The notes under the pieces: model-generated
Told to the model about the DNA's origin: nothing
The model's database searches: none
The model's input: only the letters and a program-made list of their open reading frames with translations
Shown here: positions 12,650 to 24,900 of the stretch, piece after piece
Numbering within the stretch: position 1 is the stretch's first letter
Layout of the letters: the number at the start of each line of letters is the position of its first letter
DNA from: Azolla caroliniana
Taxonomy: Eukaryota > Plantae > Polypodiophyta
DNA length: 64,000 bases
Direction: 5' to 3'
Assembly (NCBI GenBank): GCA_043228905.1
Contig: JBHGNT010000006.1
Span: 20,088,001-20,152,000 of the forward strand
Made by a program: the position numbers and the translations under genes

Positions 12650-15628
12650 GTAGGTGGCTCAGGTTCATGCTCATCGGTCATGGGAGCTCTGTCAGTCATG
12701 GTAGCTAGGCGTTCCTCCTCGTAAGCTTCGGCTTCTAAACGGAACATGATTTGATCGTCGTTGAATTCCTTTAGAAGTTGCTCGATGGCCGCGTTGTGGG
12801 ATGCTGCTAAGGTATAATTTTCCTAAGTCAAGTCTTCATGGAGGGTTTGGATGCTGGTGTCATCCATCTTGTAAAACCCTCGGCCCTCCTTCCTTCGGTT
12901 CTCGGCGTCCGCGCGTAATATGTGTAGTTCAACGGTTTGGGCTGACCATTCCTGCCATACACGGTCGAGTGTTTCCTTGATCTTCTTGGGGAATTGCTGG
13001 CGATACTTGTTGATCAGGATCTTTATTTTAGTATCATCCATGCTAATGCTAGCTCAGTGAACTTCCACTTCCTCCCTTGCGGCCTTGGTGTCTTCTTGGC
13101 ATTTGCGGACGAGGAGCACCATAGTAGCTTGGTTATCTTTTGCTTTTGCGGTTATGAGCGTGATTGTCTGCTCGTAACGTTTGGTGAGCTAAGTTACAGT
13201 TTTGTCCATTTCCTGTCTCCAAGCGTCCCGTTGTCGTTCCTTGGCGGCGATGTCCTCTATTTGCAACTGGTGATAAACATTGGAAATTTTCGCCCTTTGC
13301 TCCTCAGAGATCCTCCACTTTTGCATGTGTTCGTTTGCCAATTCTTGTAATGCCCTTTGTTGACGGCATAATTCCTGGTTGTCTGCGAATAGCTCGCATT
13401 CTCGTTGGCTATTCCGCTCTGCTTCTTTGATGAACCGTTCTTTGGCCTCGGTGATAAAGACCTGAAGGTTCATCACCTCTCATTCTTGTCCTTTGAGTGC
13501 GGCCAAGCTTTCAGCAAGCAATTGCTTGAGGTCAACTTCATGGCCTGTGGCTTGTTCCCGTAGTTGGCCAATAATGTTGTTGTGGTTTTGCTCTACCAAC
13601 TCGGCCAGAGTGATATGGGCCTTAAGCTCCTCTTGGTAGTCACGGAGGGGAGGCCTTGTCTGGGTTGCATCTTGCTGGTTCCAGGGAGTGGGTTCCCTAT
13701 CCGTCTGTGTAGATCTTTCCATGACGATAGGTGGTGGTGGTGGTGTTTGCGTGGAAGCATGGTTGGTTTGGGGGTGCAGCTTTTTATCTGCTAGTGACGA
13801 TGTCTCGCCTGTCTGTATCAAATCCGTCATTGTGCTTGCATCGACCGTGGCTACCCTGGGGTGAGTTGTGTCGTTGTTGTGTGCTTTGGTAACAGTAGCA
13901 CTCAGGCTCGGGTTTGGTAGAGGGGCTAGTGAGACATCAGTACTCGGGGCAAGGAGGCTTAAGGGCGGTTGTTCTTGAGGTTACTTCTCTAGTGATGTGA
14001 GTTTCTGCTCGGCGGCTTGCCATAGCTCTATGGCCCGTTTGGCTTGCTGTTGTGTCGTTTTGATACGTCGGGCCATGTCCTTGGTTGCCCAAGTTGTGTG
14101 GTGCAGATTTCGATATGCCTCGACTAAGGCTGTGTTCAGATATGGTAGCTCCATCAGGAGATAAGCGTTTTATGCTTGCTTCTTCCACCCTATCTTCTGT
14201 AAGGCTCGATCCTCGTGAGGTTCGATTTCTCCCATTAGAGCGCGTTGGATCATCTTTGTTTCCGCGTGCTCCTCGGCCATACGGGCGGCGGCAGCTACTT
14301 GGGCGCGCGCGAGGAAATCCATTAACTCATATGTTGTGCCCAGTCAAAGTAGTGCACTGAACTCGTATGCCTCCGCGGGAAGGTCTTTGTAACCGAGGAC
14401 TTCGTCCTTTGATATCTGCGTGGTTTGTCCATGCTCGATCCTACCTACTTGGAGCCATGACTCTACTGGTACCATGGCCATGGCGGTCAGGCTGGCCTCC
14501 TTTGATTTCTGATTCTAGGTCCCCTCATGTTCTATGGTCGACTTGCGATTGATGCGTCGTCTCGTTTTCGGCTGATCCTGGGAGTCTGGGGCCTGTGGTG
14601 TTGGCTCCTTGGTTTGTTTCCTCTTTTATTGACGTATGCCCGAGGGCTGCTGGTTAGTGGGGTGTGGGCTTGGTTGTGGAGAGGGCATCTATGTCCTTGG
14701 TGTCTTCTGTTGTATGGTGATATCCTCAGTGACGGGCTCCTCGGCCTCATCCCATTCGACACAGGTCATTGGTAACGCTCGTTGCTTCTGTGTTTTTGGT
14801 GGGGGTGGTGCCGAGGTGGGAGTAGGATTTGGAACGGCCGAGGGAAGTGAAGAAGGCGAGGGATCTTCTCATTCTTCCTGGGTTAACGCCAAAATTTTCT
14901 CCCGTTGTTTCCATGGTGGTGGTGGAGAGGTAAGGATGCGACAAGGGGAAAACGAAGGGGGTGGGTAGAGGACTGAGGTAATGATTCATCACAGGTAACA
15001 AGTGCTTACCGTTTTGAAAAGATTCTAGCGCTGCACGGACTCCTTCGCCGGTGATGATTCCCCAATCGATTTTGTCGCCTTCGTATGCTCTGATGATGAT
15101 GGCAACTTTATTCTGTGGCATACTCGTGGGATTTGTATGCACAAAGGTGTATTCCATTAAAATTCAGGCGATCTCCCCAAAAGCCTTGTTTGGTCCTCCG
15201 TAAGTGCGGTAAGCTTTTCCCAACATCGAATACATCCCAAAGTATTCCTTGAGGGTCAAGTGGGGAGGAATTTTGACCTCATGGTCTCCGCCTCCCGCAA
15301 GGTCCAGAGCAACGCGAATCATGTTGTTTGTTAGTGTGTTCGGGTGGATTCTGCGTGCTATTGCTTGGGCGTCAGGGTGCGCTGGGGTGTAGCAACCAAC
15401 CGCCAAAAAGAAAGGGACAAAAGAAGAAGCAAACAAACAACAAGAAGAGGAAGAATGAGTTGGAGTCATGGAAAATGCAGTGGTTGCTGCAAGCGGATGA
15501 AAACACAAAGACAAAAGAAACAAAGAAGAACAACAACACACAACCAGAGAAGAAGGGAGGAAAAGCGAAGATGGAGCAACAGAAAGAAGACGGCGAAGAA
15601 GAAAGGACCTACCTACACAGAGAGACAT
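12650..15628 (-). pseudogene. Decayed retroelement-associated ORF of unknown function (conserved N-terminal domain, P/T-rich linker, coiled-coil C-terminus)
   Basis: Co-oriented ORF pieces 15628-12823. The N-terminal domain aligns with the ORF at 49372-50202. A PBS-like CGGTATCAGAGC lies upstream at 15738-15749. Confidence 0.6.
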
Positions 15629-15737
15629 TAGGTTTTGAATGTTGTTTTGAGCCTAGGAAGAGTATGACGAGCCATGTTAGATACCCATCGCTCACACCAA
15701 AAACATCAAAACAACACAAAAAAAATTGTTAGTAAAC

Positions 15738-15749
15738 GCTCTGATACCG
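15738..15749 (-). other. tRNA-iMet primer-binding-site-like sequence
   Basis: Minus strand reads ...TTAACA-A-CGGTATCAGAGC, one mismatch from TGGTATCAGAGC, directly after a possible LTR end (ACA). Confidence 0.6.
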
Positions 15750-17742
15750 TTGTTAAGAGGCTTCTATCCGGTCTATTTACCAGACAAAACTATGTTTCAA
15801 GTTAAGGATCACCCATGGTTTGTACGAGCATATGCCCCTTTCTTTCTTATCTCAAAAGGTGTGCTCTTCTTCAAAACGCATGACACCAAATATCCCACTA
15901 CATGTCCATATCATGTGTTGCAAAGGTTTGCAATATAACTTGTGAAAGACTACATCATAGCAGTCACTCCTAACCTTGCTACATATATTAGGTTTTGTTA
16001 GATCTAGAGAACTAGCTGCACATCTACTATATGATTTGTCATTGTATCGTAAATTCCAAAACCAAATTGTTTGAGTTATCATGTGTTTGATCCCTCCACT
16101 TCTTTAGACCAAGACTATTGTAAAGACACTACACATAGTCGCTCCTCCAAAAGGCTTTCAAACCAAACATTAATTGCTTCCTCCGCTATCCACAACTCTA
16201 ATATGTCTTCCTTAATTAAATGTGTAGAAGACTTCTTGGCCTGCTCAAACTAGAAGCTTTTTGATTATTTTGTCTTTTGACATTGTAGTTCTCTTCTAGA
16301 TAGACACTTGTGCTCTCTTCTATTCAAAAACAACTTGAGATTTCTCCAATTCTATGTATTTAAAACTATGGTTGTATAGTAAAATATTTCTACTTTGTAA
16401 GGTTCTCTAATCAAAGTATCCATTTCATGGTGTAGAATGAGTTAATTCCTTAAATAAAGAAGTATGTTTGAAGTCGTTACATAGATATTGACAATGAAGG
16501 AAAAGAAGGATATGCCTCAAAATAGAGGGGATATATTATAACCTTGTAGAATATTAGGAAAAAATACAATATTCCTATTTTACCATTGAAAATAATGAGT
16601 AGTTATGTGGGTTTCCAGTGAGCAAGGTTCTTAGGATGAATTCGAAATTATCTCAAAGTAAAAAGGCATAAAGCACAACTTTAGGATCATATTGTTAATT
16701 TGCATGATCTAAAGTAAAAGCATGAGGACTTTTACAATAATGCAACGTCACACCCATGACCTCATGGTGAGTGTAAATGACGATATGATTTAGTGAAATC
16801 AAATTTTTGGGAAGCATTTAAGAGGAGATTATGTAAATAATCATAATTACCTAAAAACACAAAGACTTTTATAACAAAGCAATATCAAACATGTTACTTG
16901 AGACAAGAACCCATAACCTCAAATTTAAAAAGTAGCGTAAAGAATAATATGATCTAGTTTAATCAAATTGGGAATCATCTAAGAGAGTTCATTTAAATGT
17001 GTCGGGATTACCAATGTCTAATACCATGAACTAAATTTACACTTACAATTTTGAGTCTTTCAATATAGAGTGCTTGATGTAATGGAAACAATTGTTTCTC
17101 GATTCCAAACCAAGAGGCATATTCTACCATTGTTATATGTAGTATACCAAGGGAGATATATGTAGGTGTGTGATCATTCATTGGTTTCTTAGGCAAATTA
17201 AGTTATTTAGAGTATATTGTCTCACACAATGTCTTCATTGGAAATTGCATTTGGCTCATTCTAATTTCTCGATGGAGTGTTTTGTGGATCCATGCATTTT
17301 AGAAATGAGAAATTCCACCCAACCTTTTTCATTGTCATCATCTGAATTTGTTAGGATGGGCTTCGTCATCACCCTTGGGTTGCAACAAACAACTTTGTAA
17401 AGCAATGTTCTAGGTGGAAAATGTCAATGTTAAGCATCAAGGTAAGGTTGCTAACCATCACCTTTACCAATTTCCAATGGTTATATAATTTTCTATCTCT
17501 ATTATGCTTTCATATAGATCCCAAAATTATGTGAAAATGATCAATAGACATGCCATGTTATGACTTGCCTATCTCACTCCAACATGATTACTACCATTTA
17601 TAGATGCTTGCAATCCTTGTTCAATACAAGTTTTATAATAAATATTAATGTTTCATCTCAAAATAAATTAATGTAAAGGCTGTATCAATACTTTCTCTTG
17701 TCACAATCATTGATGAATCGAATCTAGGATCAAGCTCTACTC

Positions 17743-18230
17743 AACTTTCTTCCTTTGGTCCACACCTAGTATTAAACATTGACTCCAACCCAAGATTTAA
17801 GGAATAATTTTGCGATGATTGGTTTCGTTTGAGGAATTTGAACCCATGACATTGTGGTTTAGTGAACAATACCACACGACAGAATTGTCATCAAAAGAGA
17901 GGGACGGTACATATCATTGTGCCACATACTCTTATGACTTGTATCTACGCATTCTCATATGCCACATTCTCATGAGTCATAATTAACTCAAAACAAACTT
18001 TCTTAATATGTGAGTCAAAATATGGCATGCAACTTTCTTCCTTTGGTCCACACCTAGGATTAAACATTGCACCCACACAAGATTTAAGGAACAATTTGGG
18101 GATGATCAATTTCTTGTGAGGAGGAATTTGAACCCATGACAGTGTGGTTTGGTGAACAATACAAATGGTGGAACCTTTGGCAAAAGAGAGGGATACTACA
18201 TACCATTATGTCACATACATATTAGTTGTA
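17743..18230 (-). repeat. Two diverged direct copies (~200 bp, period ~288 bp) of a SINE-like unit
   Basis: CAACTTTCTTCCTTTGGTCCACACCTAG...GAGGAATTTGAACCCATGAC...CAAAAGAGAGGGA occurs twice. The minus strand has a B-box-like GGTTCAAATTCC. Confidence 0.6.
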
Positions 18231-20436
18231 CCTACATTAACTCAAACATGACATTGGGAAGACTTGGTATGTATTGATCATACAACTTCAAGAAGATTTT
18301 GGCCTACCCCATAGTGTAAATGTCATTATTCTAAGCCCATCAAATTTAAGAAGATAGAGTGCTAATATCGATGGTTGGCTAATGTCTATCCTATCCTCAG
18401 TCGGTGGTCAAGGCTTAATGCACCAACTACCATGGTGCTCAAATGAATTTCTCCTATTTGAACCACATAAATACCATGGCATTTCCTAGAGTGGGATGCT
18501 TTCATGAGCATTATCTCTCTCACACACAAAAACATAATATAAAACAAGACATCAATCCCATTTGTCAATATGGAAAGCTTTTGTAATATATGTATACCCC
18601 TTTGATATCATCCATTTATAATCCATCCATCCTCACATAACTTTGATGCATGGATTTATGCATGTAGGTAGGTAGGTATGTATGTACATATGAATGATAC
18701 AATTTTAGAAAAAGAACTAGAAGAAATTCACTCTTTGCATTACTTGCCAAAGACTACCATAAGGTACATCTATACAATGCTACCATAGGATACATCTATA
18801 CAATGTATAGCAAAGCACCAATCCTTATTCTTCCATACAACTATATAATGGGGCATCTCTTATGTGAGGGTGGCCTTACATATGCATGGCTCCAAAAACA
18901 CATAAAAGGTTTTAGAGACTATAGTACTAAGGGAGAATGGTACTTGAGACTGAAATATTATATTGATAATGTCTTTCTGAGGTCCACTTGAGAAAGTTTT
19001 GGATACCTTATTGAGAAGAGAGGAAGGATTGTGGCAAAATGCTTTCCAATTTACATATAATTTATTTACCACAAATTCTTTCTTCTACCATCTAACATAG
19101 GATCAATCAAGGTTAATTGTCTTCCAGGTCGAAGTGTTGTTGAAGGAGGTCAATAAGCTCTTTAAAGGGGGGATTTTAGTGGTCATCTTGCCGATTTTGG
19201 GTGTATACATTCAATTGCCCATAAATGTAAAAAGAATGGTTGATCGTGCTTGTTCAAATTATAAGGTTCTGAATTCATACACAAATAGGCAACATTTACC
19301 CTCTTCGCTTCCGAAATGAAATTGTTCATGTGTATTCAAATATTTAACTAGCTACCATTACAATTCCATGGGGTGCCTTGATACACATGAGCTTTCGACT
19401 TTATCGAGTGAAAAATGCTCTTTCGCTTGCTTATGATGACATGGATGAACAACCTAGTCCCCTAAGTTTGGTAAGGGTTTGGTATGAGGATCATGTTTAA
19501 CTTTTCTTGGTTATGCAATGTCTGAAAAGAGGTGGCATAGCCAAATCCAAGAGTGGTTCAACCTACTAGAACATCACTGAGGATCTGAGGATCCAAGAAT
19601 GGTTCTACCGATTAGAACACCACTGAGGATCCATCAAACTTTCTTACACGCAAGTTTCGTTAAGGTTCCCTAAGTTTTTACATAAAGTCAAATTTGACAA
19701 GGAAGAAGAGAATATTTCCAACAAAGAATTCTTTGCACCATGTAGAATCCTGATTGTTAGCATGAGTTCCTCCAGTTTTGAGTATTGGTTCAGATGCCAA
19801 TTTGTACCCACTTATGTGTGACAACAATGATAGCAAACCAAATGACAGTGTAAATCCATACACAAGAAGGATATGGCTCCACAGTTGAAAGAAATTTAAC
19901 AGAATTTCGCAACTTACATATCCTTGTACTACATAATAAGAAATTAAATTAGACTTGTGGATAAATTATAATACAGTTTCTGTACATATAAATCGTAGCA
20001 AGTCAAGGACATTCAACTTTCTTTTCTCTCAAATAGATACAAGTACGATTTCTCGACATCTTTGGTAGAAGTGGGAGACGAGGACACGCTGCCATACAAA
20101 TGACTGAAATGAACTTATACCTCTTATGTACCTCAAAGAGGAGCACATGTTCATGTTTCTCAATCATTCAAATGCTGTAAAATGGATATGCTTTAAGGCA
20201 TAGCAAACATCCGTGTTAAGCTTTGCACATGTCAATGCTTACACATGTTTAAGGGTAGAAAGCAAGTTTCTTACTCACCACGGCACATGCAATTCACGGA
20301 AGGTTCTTTGGATGATACGCCGCACTACATAGATGAAAATCTTAAAGCCAACTAGTATCGAAGTGGAGATATATTTGAAAGATCTATGAACATTCGGATA
20401 TTGACCTCGGTGATTTTCCCTTTTAGCACACAAAAT

Positions 20437-22326
20437 TCAACATGGAGATGTATTGGAAAGATCTATGAACATTCGGATATTGACCTCGGTGATTTTCCCT
20501 TTGGATCTCTCAGTAGATCCTGTTTCTACCGGCGTCACTGTCTGTACACTGATGGGCTGCACTATAAGTCTCCCTATCTCTGAACTTGCTGCTTGGCATT
20601 TCACATCAATGCCCAATTGTTCGTCGCTTGCAGTTTGTGTGGTGGAGGAAGAACTATTAGAGTCTTCTATGGCTTTTGGGGCATGTGTGAGTAAAGCTCT
20701 GGATTTTGGTAACTCTACAATCCGCATGTTATCATTGCCTCCAGACACATCCGCTATCCTAATTAGCTGGTTATTACTGCTAGATGGATCCACCCCAACT
20801 GTTGATCCATTAAGTGATTGCAACGAAAGAGTTGTGTTTGGTAACTTCGCCCTCCTCTCAGAAGCTTCTTTGCTTGGGGTATCCAAACCATGAACAGGGC
20901 GTTTGCTGCCTATCCTTGCAATCATCTGAGGTTGTCTAGGTGTTTTGACTTGCATCTCATGATTCCCGCTCTGGCTCGCCAAAAATGTCGGTGATACTTC
21001 TGGCGATACTTTTGGCCCTTCACCGTGATTATCAATATCCTTTGGCTTTGGCAGGGTGAAATCCCTACTACCAGCCTTACCAGTCTTCTCTTGTACTGTC
21101 AGGCAAGTATCAGGGTTCCGGCAAGTATACCTGGGTTGCAACAAACTTGACTTGCTTGAGTTGTTGAAATAACGGAACTTCACATGCATACTCGAATTGC
21201 AATGGGGACAAGGAGGACGATAGCTTTTGTAGTGACGTAGAAGGTTCTTCTGCATCGGCTCACCTAGTGTGGAAAGGCTCTCTCCATTGGGTATATTCCG
21301 TGTGGCCACAATGTAATCAAACAATGCGTTATCATCAACCAATATTGGATCATCAACCTTGAGAGAGGTTCTAGTGACATATGACTTAGAGGTTCTGACC
21401 ATCCCAAGCGCCTCAACACCAGTGTGAGGCAATGTGTTCACGTGCATGGTATGCATTTGAGATCGAGCCATGGTATCCTCTGATGCCTCCTCGGATGATG
21501 TTCCAGTGTCGTGAAGAAGCCCGTCAGGTGTAATAGCAGGAAGAAGGGCGAGTTCGGATCCTTTAACTCTTCCAGAATCACTCATTCCTGGCAATTTCAT
21601 GATATGTTGTGGGTTCAATCTGCCATATAAGTCCCCCCTTGTGTTAGGTTTGATTGTGTGTGCTGAACTGTCGGATGTAATAATCCGAGCTTCCATCTCT
21701 GGTAATGGTTGTGATAATGGTGGTGGTGGTGGTGGCTTTTGTCTCCTCGGGAGAGAAACCTTCATCATCACCATTGATGGGTCAGGTGCCTCAACTCGGG
21801 ACGTTGCCTTCATTGAACGAAGATGAGACACTTTACTTATATTGACATTACTTTCCATTGATTTCAATTGGGGTACTTGGGAATGCTGAATCAAAGGCAC
21901 AACAATCTCTCCTCGAGAGACTAGAGTCTCATGAGCCTTTCCAAATGACATGGAAACCGGCTGAGCTGCAACAACTTTCATCTCGCTCAAAACTGTGCCC
22001 TCGGCCATTACTGAACTTACATTGCCATTAGGAGTTTGTGGAATTGGCAATTTACCTGAACTTATATGCCCATTAGAAGATTCTAGAATGGTTGCCTTAC
22101 CTGTAAAGACCTTCTGGCATGATGAGCAACTCTTTGTCTGGTGTGTATCATCTCTGGAAGAATTTTCGGTTAATATTCGAGGTCTCCAGTTTGGGTTTGC
22201 AACACGAAATTGCCTAAGAATTTCAGGGCCGAGAGCACAGGCGGGGATGAGGATGTGCCCGAGCATTTCCATATTATCCAAGGCTAAGCTCTCTAGTGAT
22301 TGCAAGATCTGCTCTTGCTTCAACAT
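20437..22326 (-). CDS. Host gene: ~629-aa low-complexity protein with a divergent Dof-type zinc finger (putative transcription factor)
   Basis: Long uninterrupted ORF in a TE-poor segment. CPHC-x25-C-x5-C with KFRYFNN and QPRY at 21103-21210. First ATG (22326) follows a splice acceptor ttcttctag at ~22349. Confidence 0.8.
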   Translation of the reverse strand: MLKQEQILQSLESLALDNMEMLGHILIPACALGPEILRQFRVANPNWRPRILTENSSRDDTHQTKSCSSCQKVFTGKATILESSNGHISSGKLPIPQTPNGNVSSVMAEGTVLSEMKVVAAQPVSMSFGKAHETLVSRGEIVVPLIQHSQVPQLKSMESNVNISKVSHLRSMKATSRVEAPDPSMVMMKVSLPRRQKPPPPPPLSQPLPEMEARIITSDSSAHTIKPNTRGDLYGRLNPQHIMKLPGMSDSGRVKGSELALLPAITPDGLLHDTGTSSEEASEDTMARSQMHTMHVNTLPHTGVEALGMVRTSKSYVTRTSLKVDDPILVDDNALFDYIVATRNIPNGESLSTLGEPMQKNLLRHYKSYRPPCPHCNSSMHVKFRYFNNSSKSSLLQPRYTCRNPDTCLTVQEKTGKAGSRDFTLPKPKDIDNHGEGPKVSPEVSPTFLASQSGNHEMQVKTPRQPQMIARIGSKRPVHGLDTPSKEASERRAKLPNTTLSLQSLNGSTVGVDPSSSNNQLIRIADVSGGNDNMRIVELPKSRALLTHAPKAIEDSNSSSSTTQTASDEQLGIDVKCQAASSEIGRLIVQPISVQTVTPVETGSTERSKGKITEVNIRMFIDLSNTSPC

Positions 22327-22414
22327 ATTTTGTAACCCTTTCTTTGACCTAGAAGAATAAAACACAAATTTAATAGAGAAGAAAGAAGATTCAACACAAA
22401 TCTTCAATGCATCA

Positions 22415-23590
22415 GAAACTTGCAGAAATTCATGGGATATATACAAAGGAAAACAATTTAAGCAACTCTCAATCTATCTACTAGCAAAGTGCACCAATTC
22501 ACATGATTATATCCATCAAAATTACACAGAAATCCACATAATATCCATCAAGATCTTGCTGAAATTCAGTGTATCTATAAAAAACTTGCATAAGTTCACA
22601 ATATATTTGTCAGAAATTATCAGAAGATACAGAGTAATCAGGAAAATGGAAATTCACAGCAATCAAGAATGCATTAAGTAGTTGAACAAATCCGTAAATT
22701 CAATAAAAACGAGCACAAGTTCACTATATGCATCAAGAACTTGCAGAAATTTACACATGCCCATAAGAAACTTAAGAGAAACTTAAGAGAACCTTACAAT
22801 ATATCCATCAAAATCCTGCTTATCCATCAAAATGAGGAGAAACATAGATTATACAGGGATAATAACCACTTAAGAAGATCAATGTGATCCATCAAAAACT
22901 TGCAGATATTCAACGTATCCATCTATAACTTGCAAAAAGTCACAATATGAACACAACAAAGTAACAAGGGAAAATGATGTTTAAGAGAACAATCAAATGC
23001 ATCCAAAACTTGCAGAACTTCACAATATATCCATGAGAAATTTGCAGCGATTTCAGAGTGTATCCATAAAAGATAAGAAGAAACACGGGTTGATGTTCAA
23101 AAAAGAATCTTTGATGAACATCACTAATGGGGAAATCTGATGTATCTGAAACTTGCAGAAAATTTCACGATATACATCTGAAAATTGCAGAAATTCACAA
23201 TATATCCATCAGAAATGAGCAAAAAACAAAGAATGAACACCACAATGGTAAAAAAATTCTGGTGCACCAATAAATTGCAGAGATTCATGATATATCCATC
23301 TGTAATTAGCATCAATCAGCTTAAATTCAGTGTATCCATCAAACGGTTACAGAAATTCATTATATCCATCTGAAACTTTCCGAATTTCACAATGATACCA
23401 TGGAGAACAGCAGAATTCACCGTATATACATTACACACAATAGTAACTCTGATGGATTACACACTTGCACACATTCACTATCCATTAAAAAGTTAAACAG
23501 ATGCAGCCAGAAGAAATTCCTCCTTAAACGATAAATAATCATTCCAACACACTAATATCTTGCAGAGATTCACAACATATCCATCAGAAA
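22415..23590. repeat. Degenerate ~31-bp minisatellite in the intron of the Dof-like gene
   Basis: Consensus AAACTTGCAGAAATTCACAATATATCCATCA recurs at least 15 times, tandem and interspersed. Confidence 0.8.
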
Positions 23591-23610
23591 TAGGAAAAAT
23601 AAAACCTTAC

Positions 23611-23666
23611 CGTGCGTTTTTGGGGCTTTTCCGAAGCTTTCTACAGATCAGAACATCTGATTACCG
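23611..23666 (-). other. Probable 56-nt non-coding 5' UTR exon of the Dof-like gene
   Basis: Bounded by catttcag and gtaagg on the minus strand. It has an in-frame stop and no in-frame ATG when spliced to the 22348 exon. Confidence 0.55.
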
Positions 23667-23699
23667 CTGAAATGAGGAAAGATCGAGAATTAGTTCTTT

Positions 23700-24900
23700 T
23701 TGAGAGGAAGACAGAGAAAAAAAAAAACAGAGATTAGATGCTTTTGTGAGGAAAAAATCAGAAAGCAAAAGCATAACCTTTTCTTTTTGCAAAGAAAGCA
23801 GAGGTTAGATGCTTTGTTGAGAGCTAAATCAGAAAAAAAAAAAGAAAAAAGGAAAAGAAACATAAATGAGATGCGTTTGCAAGAAGAGAAATTTCATACA
23901 AGGAAAGCTCGAAAATGTGAAGCTCAAGATGCCGTTTCTGCTTCATTGAGGATAGGCAGAGAGGGGGGGGGGGGGGGGCATGCCCATGGGATGGTTCCTT
24001 GTTCTTGTTTATTATTTAGGGTTTGAGGAGCTAGGGTTTCAGAATGGAGGGGGGGGGGGGGGGGGGGGAAGATGAAATCAGAGGAAGAAAGGGAAGAAAG
24101 AATGGATTGGATTGGATTGGATCGGATTGGATCGGATGGATCAAGAAAGAAAAAATGGGAAAACGCAGGAAAAAAGCAAAGCACCGAAGGAAAATGCTTT
24201 TTTCCTCCCCCCCTTTCTTCTTCTTCTTTTTAATAATTATTAGTGTCTTTCTCTTCATGTTTTCCATCAATTTTTGCTTTTTTCTTTTCCTTTTTTTTCC
24301 ACAAAAGCATGTAATTAAAAAATAAACTAAATAAATAAATAAAAGAGAATGGTACATTTTTTTTCTTTTTTTCTTTTGGTTTTTTTTTTTTCCTTCATCC
24401 GAGAAAATAAAAGAAAAAGAAAAAGCAAAACTGCGCAGCTTTTTGTAGGCCTAAAGAAAGCAAAAAAAAAAAAAAAAAAGAAAAAAGCAAAGAGAAGGAA
24501 AAAAAGGAAAGCAGGACGCGGTCACATGCCAGCTGGCATCTCCTTCGGCGAAGCGTAAAAAGCAAGGCAAAGCCCCGCCTTTTGCTTTCCTGCTTTTCTT
24601 TGCTTTTTCCTTTCTTTCTTTCTTTTTTGCTTTTTGCTTTCTCTCCTTCCTTCCTTCCTTCCATACAATTTCTTTTCTTTTCTTTTCTTTCTTTCTTTCT
24701 TTCTTTCTTTGTGTTTGAGTTGGGCCGGTCGTGTGTCTGTCCGCCCGCCCGCCCGCCGCCCGCCCATCGAGGTTTTTACATCCCCCCCAGCCACTCTCTT
24801 CTTCTTCTTCTTCTTCTTCTTCTTCTTCGGATCTAACCCAAACCGATCATTGCTCTCGTGCGGGAGGACCTGTCCAGTCCCGGACCGACCGACCGATTGA
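23700..24900. repeat. Simple-sequence-rich promoter/5' UTR region
   Basis: Poly-G runs, (GGATT/GGATC)n, poly-A/T, (TTTC)n, (CCGC)n and (CTT)n upstream of the Dof-like gene. Confidence 0.7.

Noticed and set aside
16000-19400. Faint gypsy pol-like peptide traces
   Set aside because: Too degraded to support coordinates or a family call without a translated search.
22327-22446. N-terminal 40 aa of the 669-aa ORF in the track
   Set aside because: Begins at a non-ATG codon inside the repeat-rich intron, upstream of a good splice acceptor; the ATG at 22326 is preferred.
22415-23590. Repeat-spacer-like pattern resembling a CRISPR array
   Set aside because: Repeats are degenerate, spacing is irregular and often zero, there are no cas genes, and the context is a eukaryotic intron.
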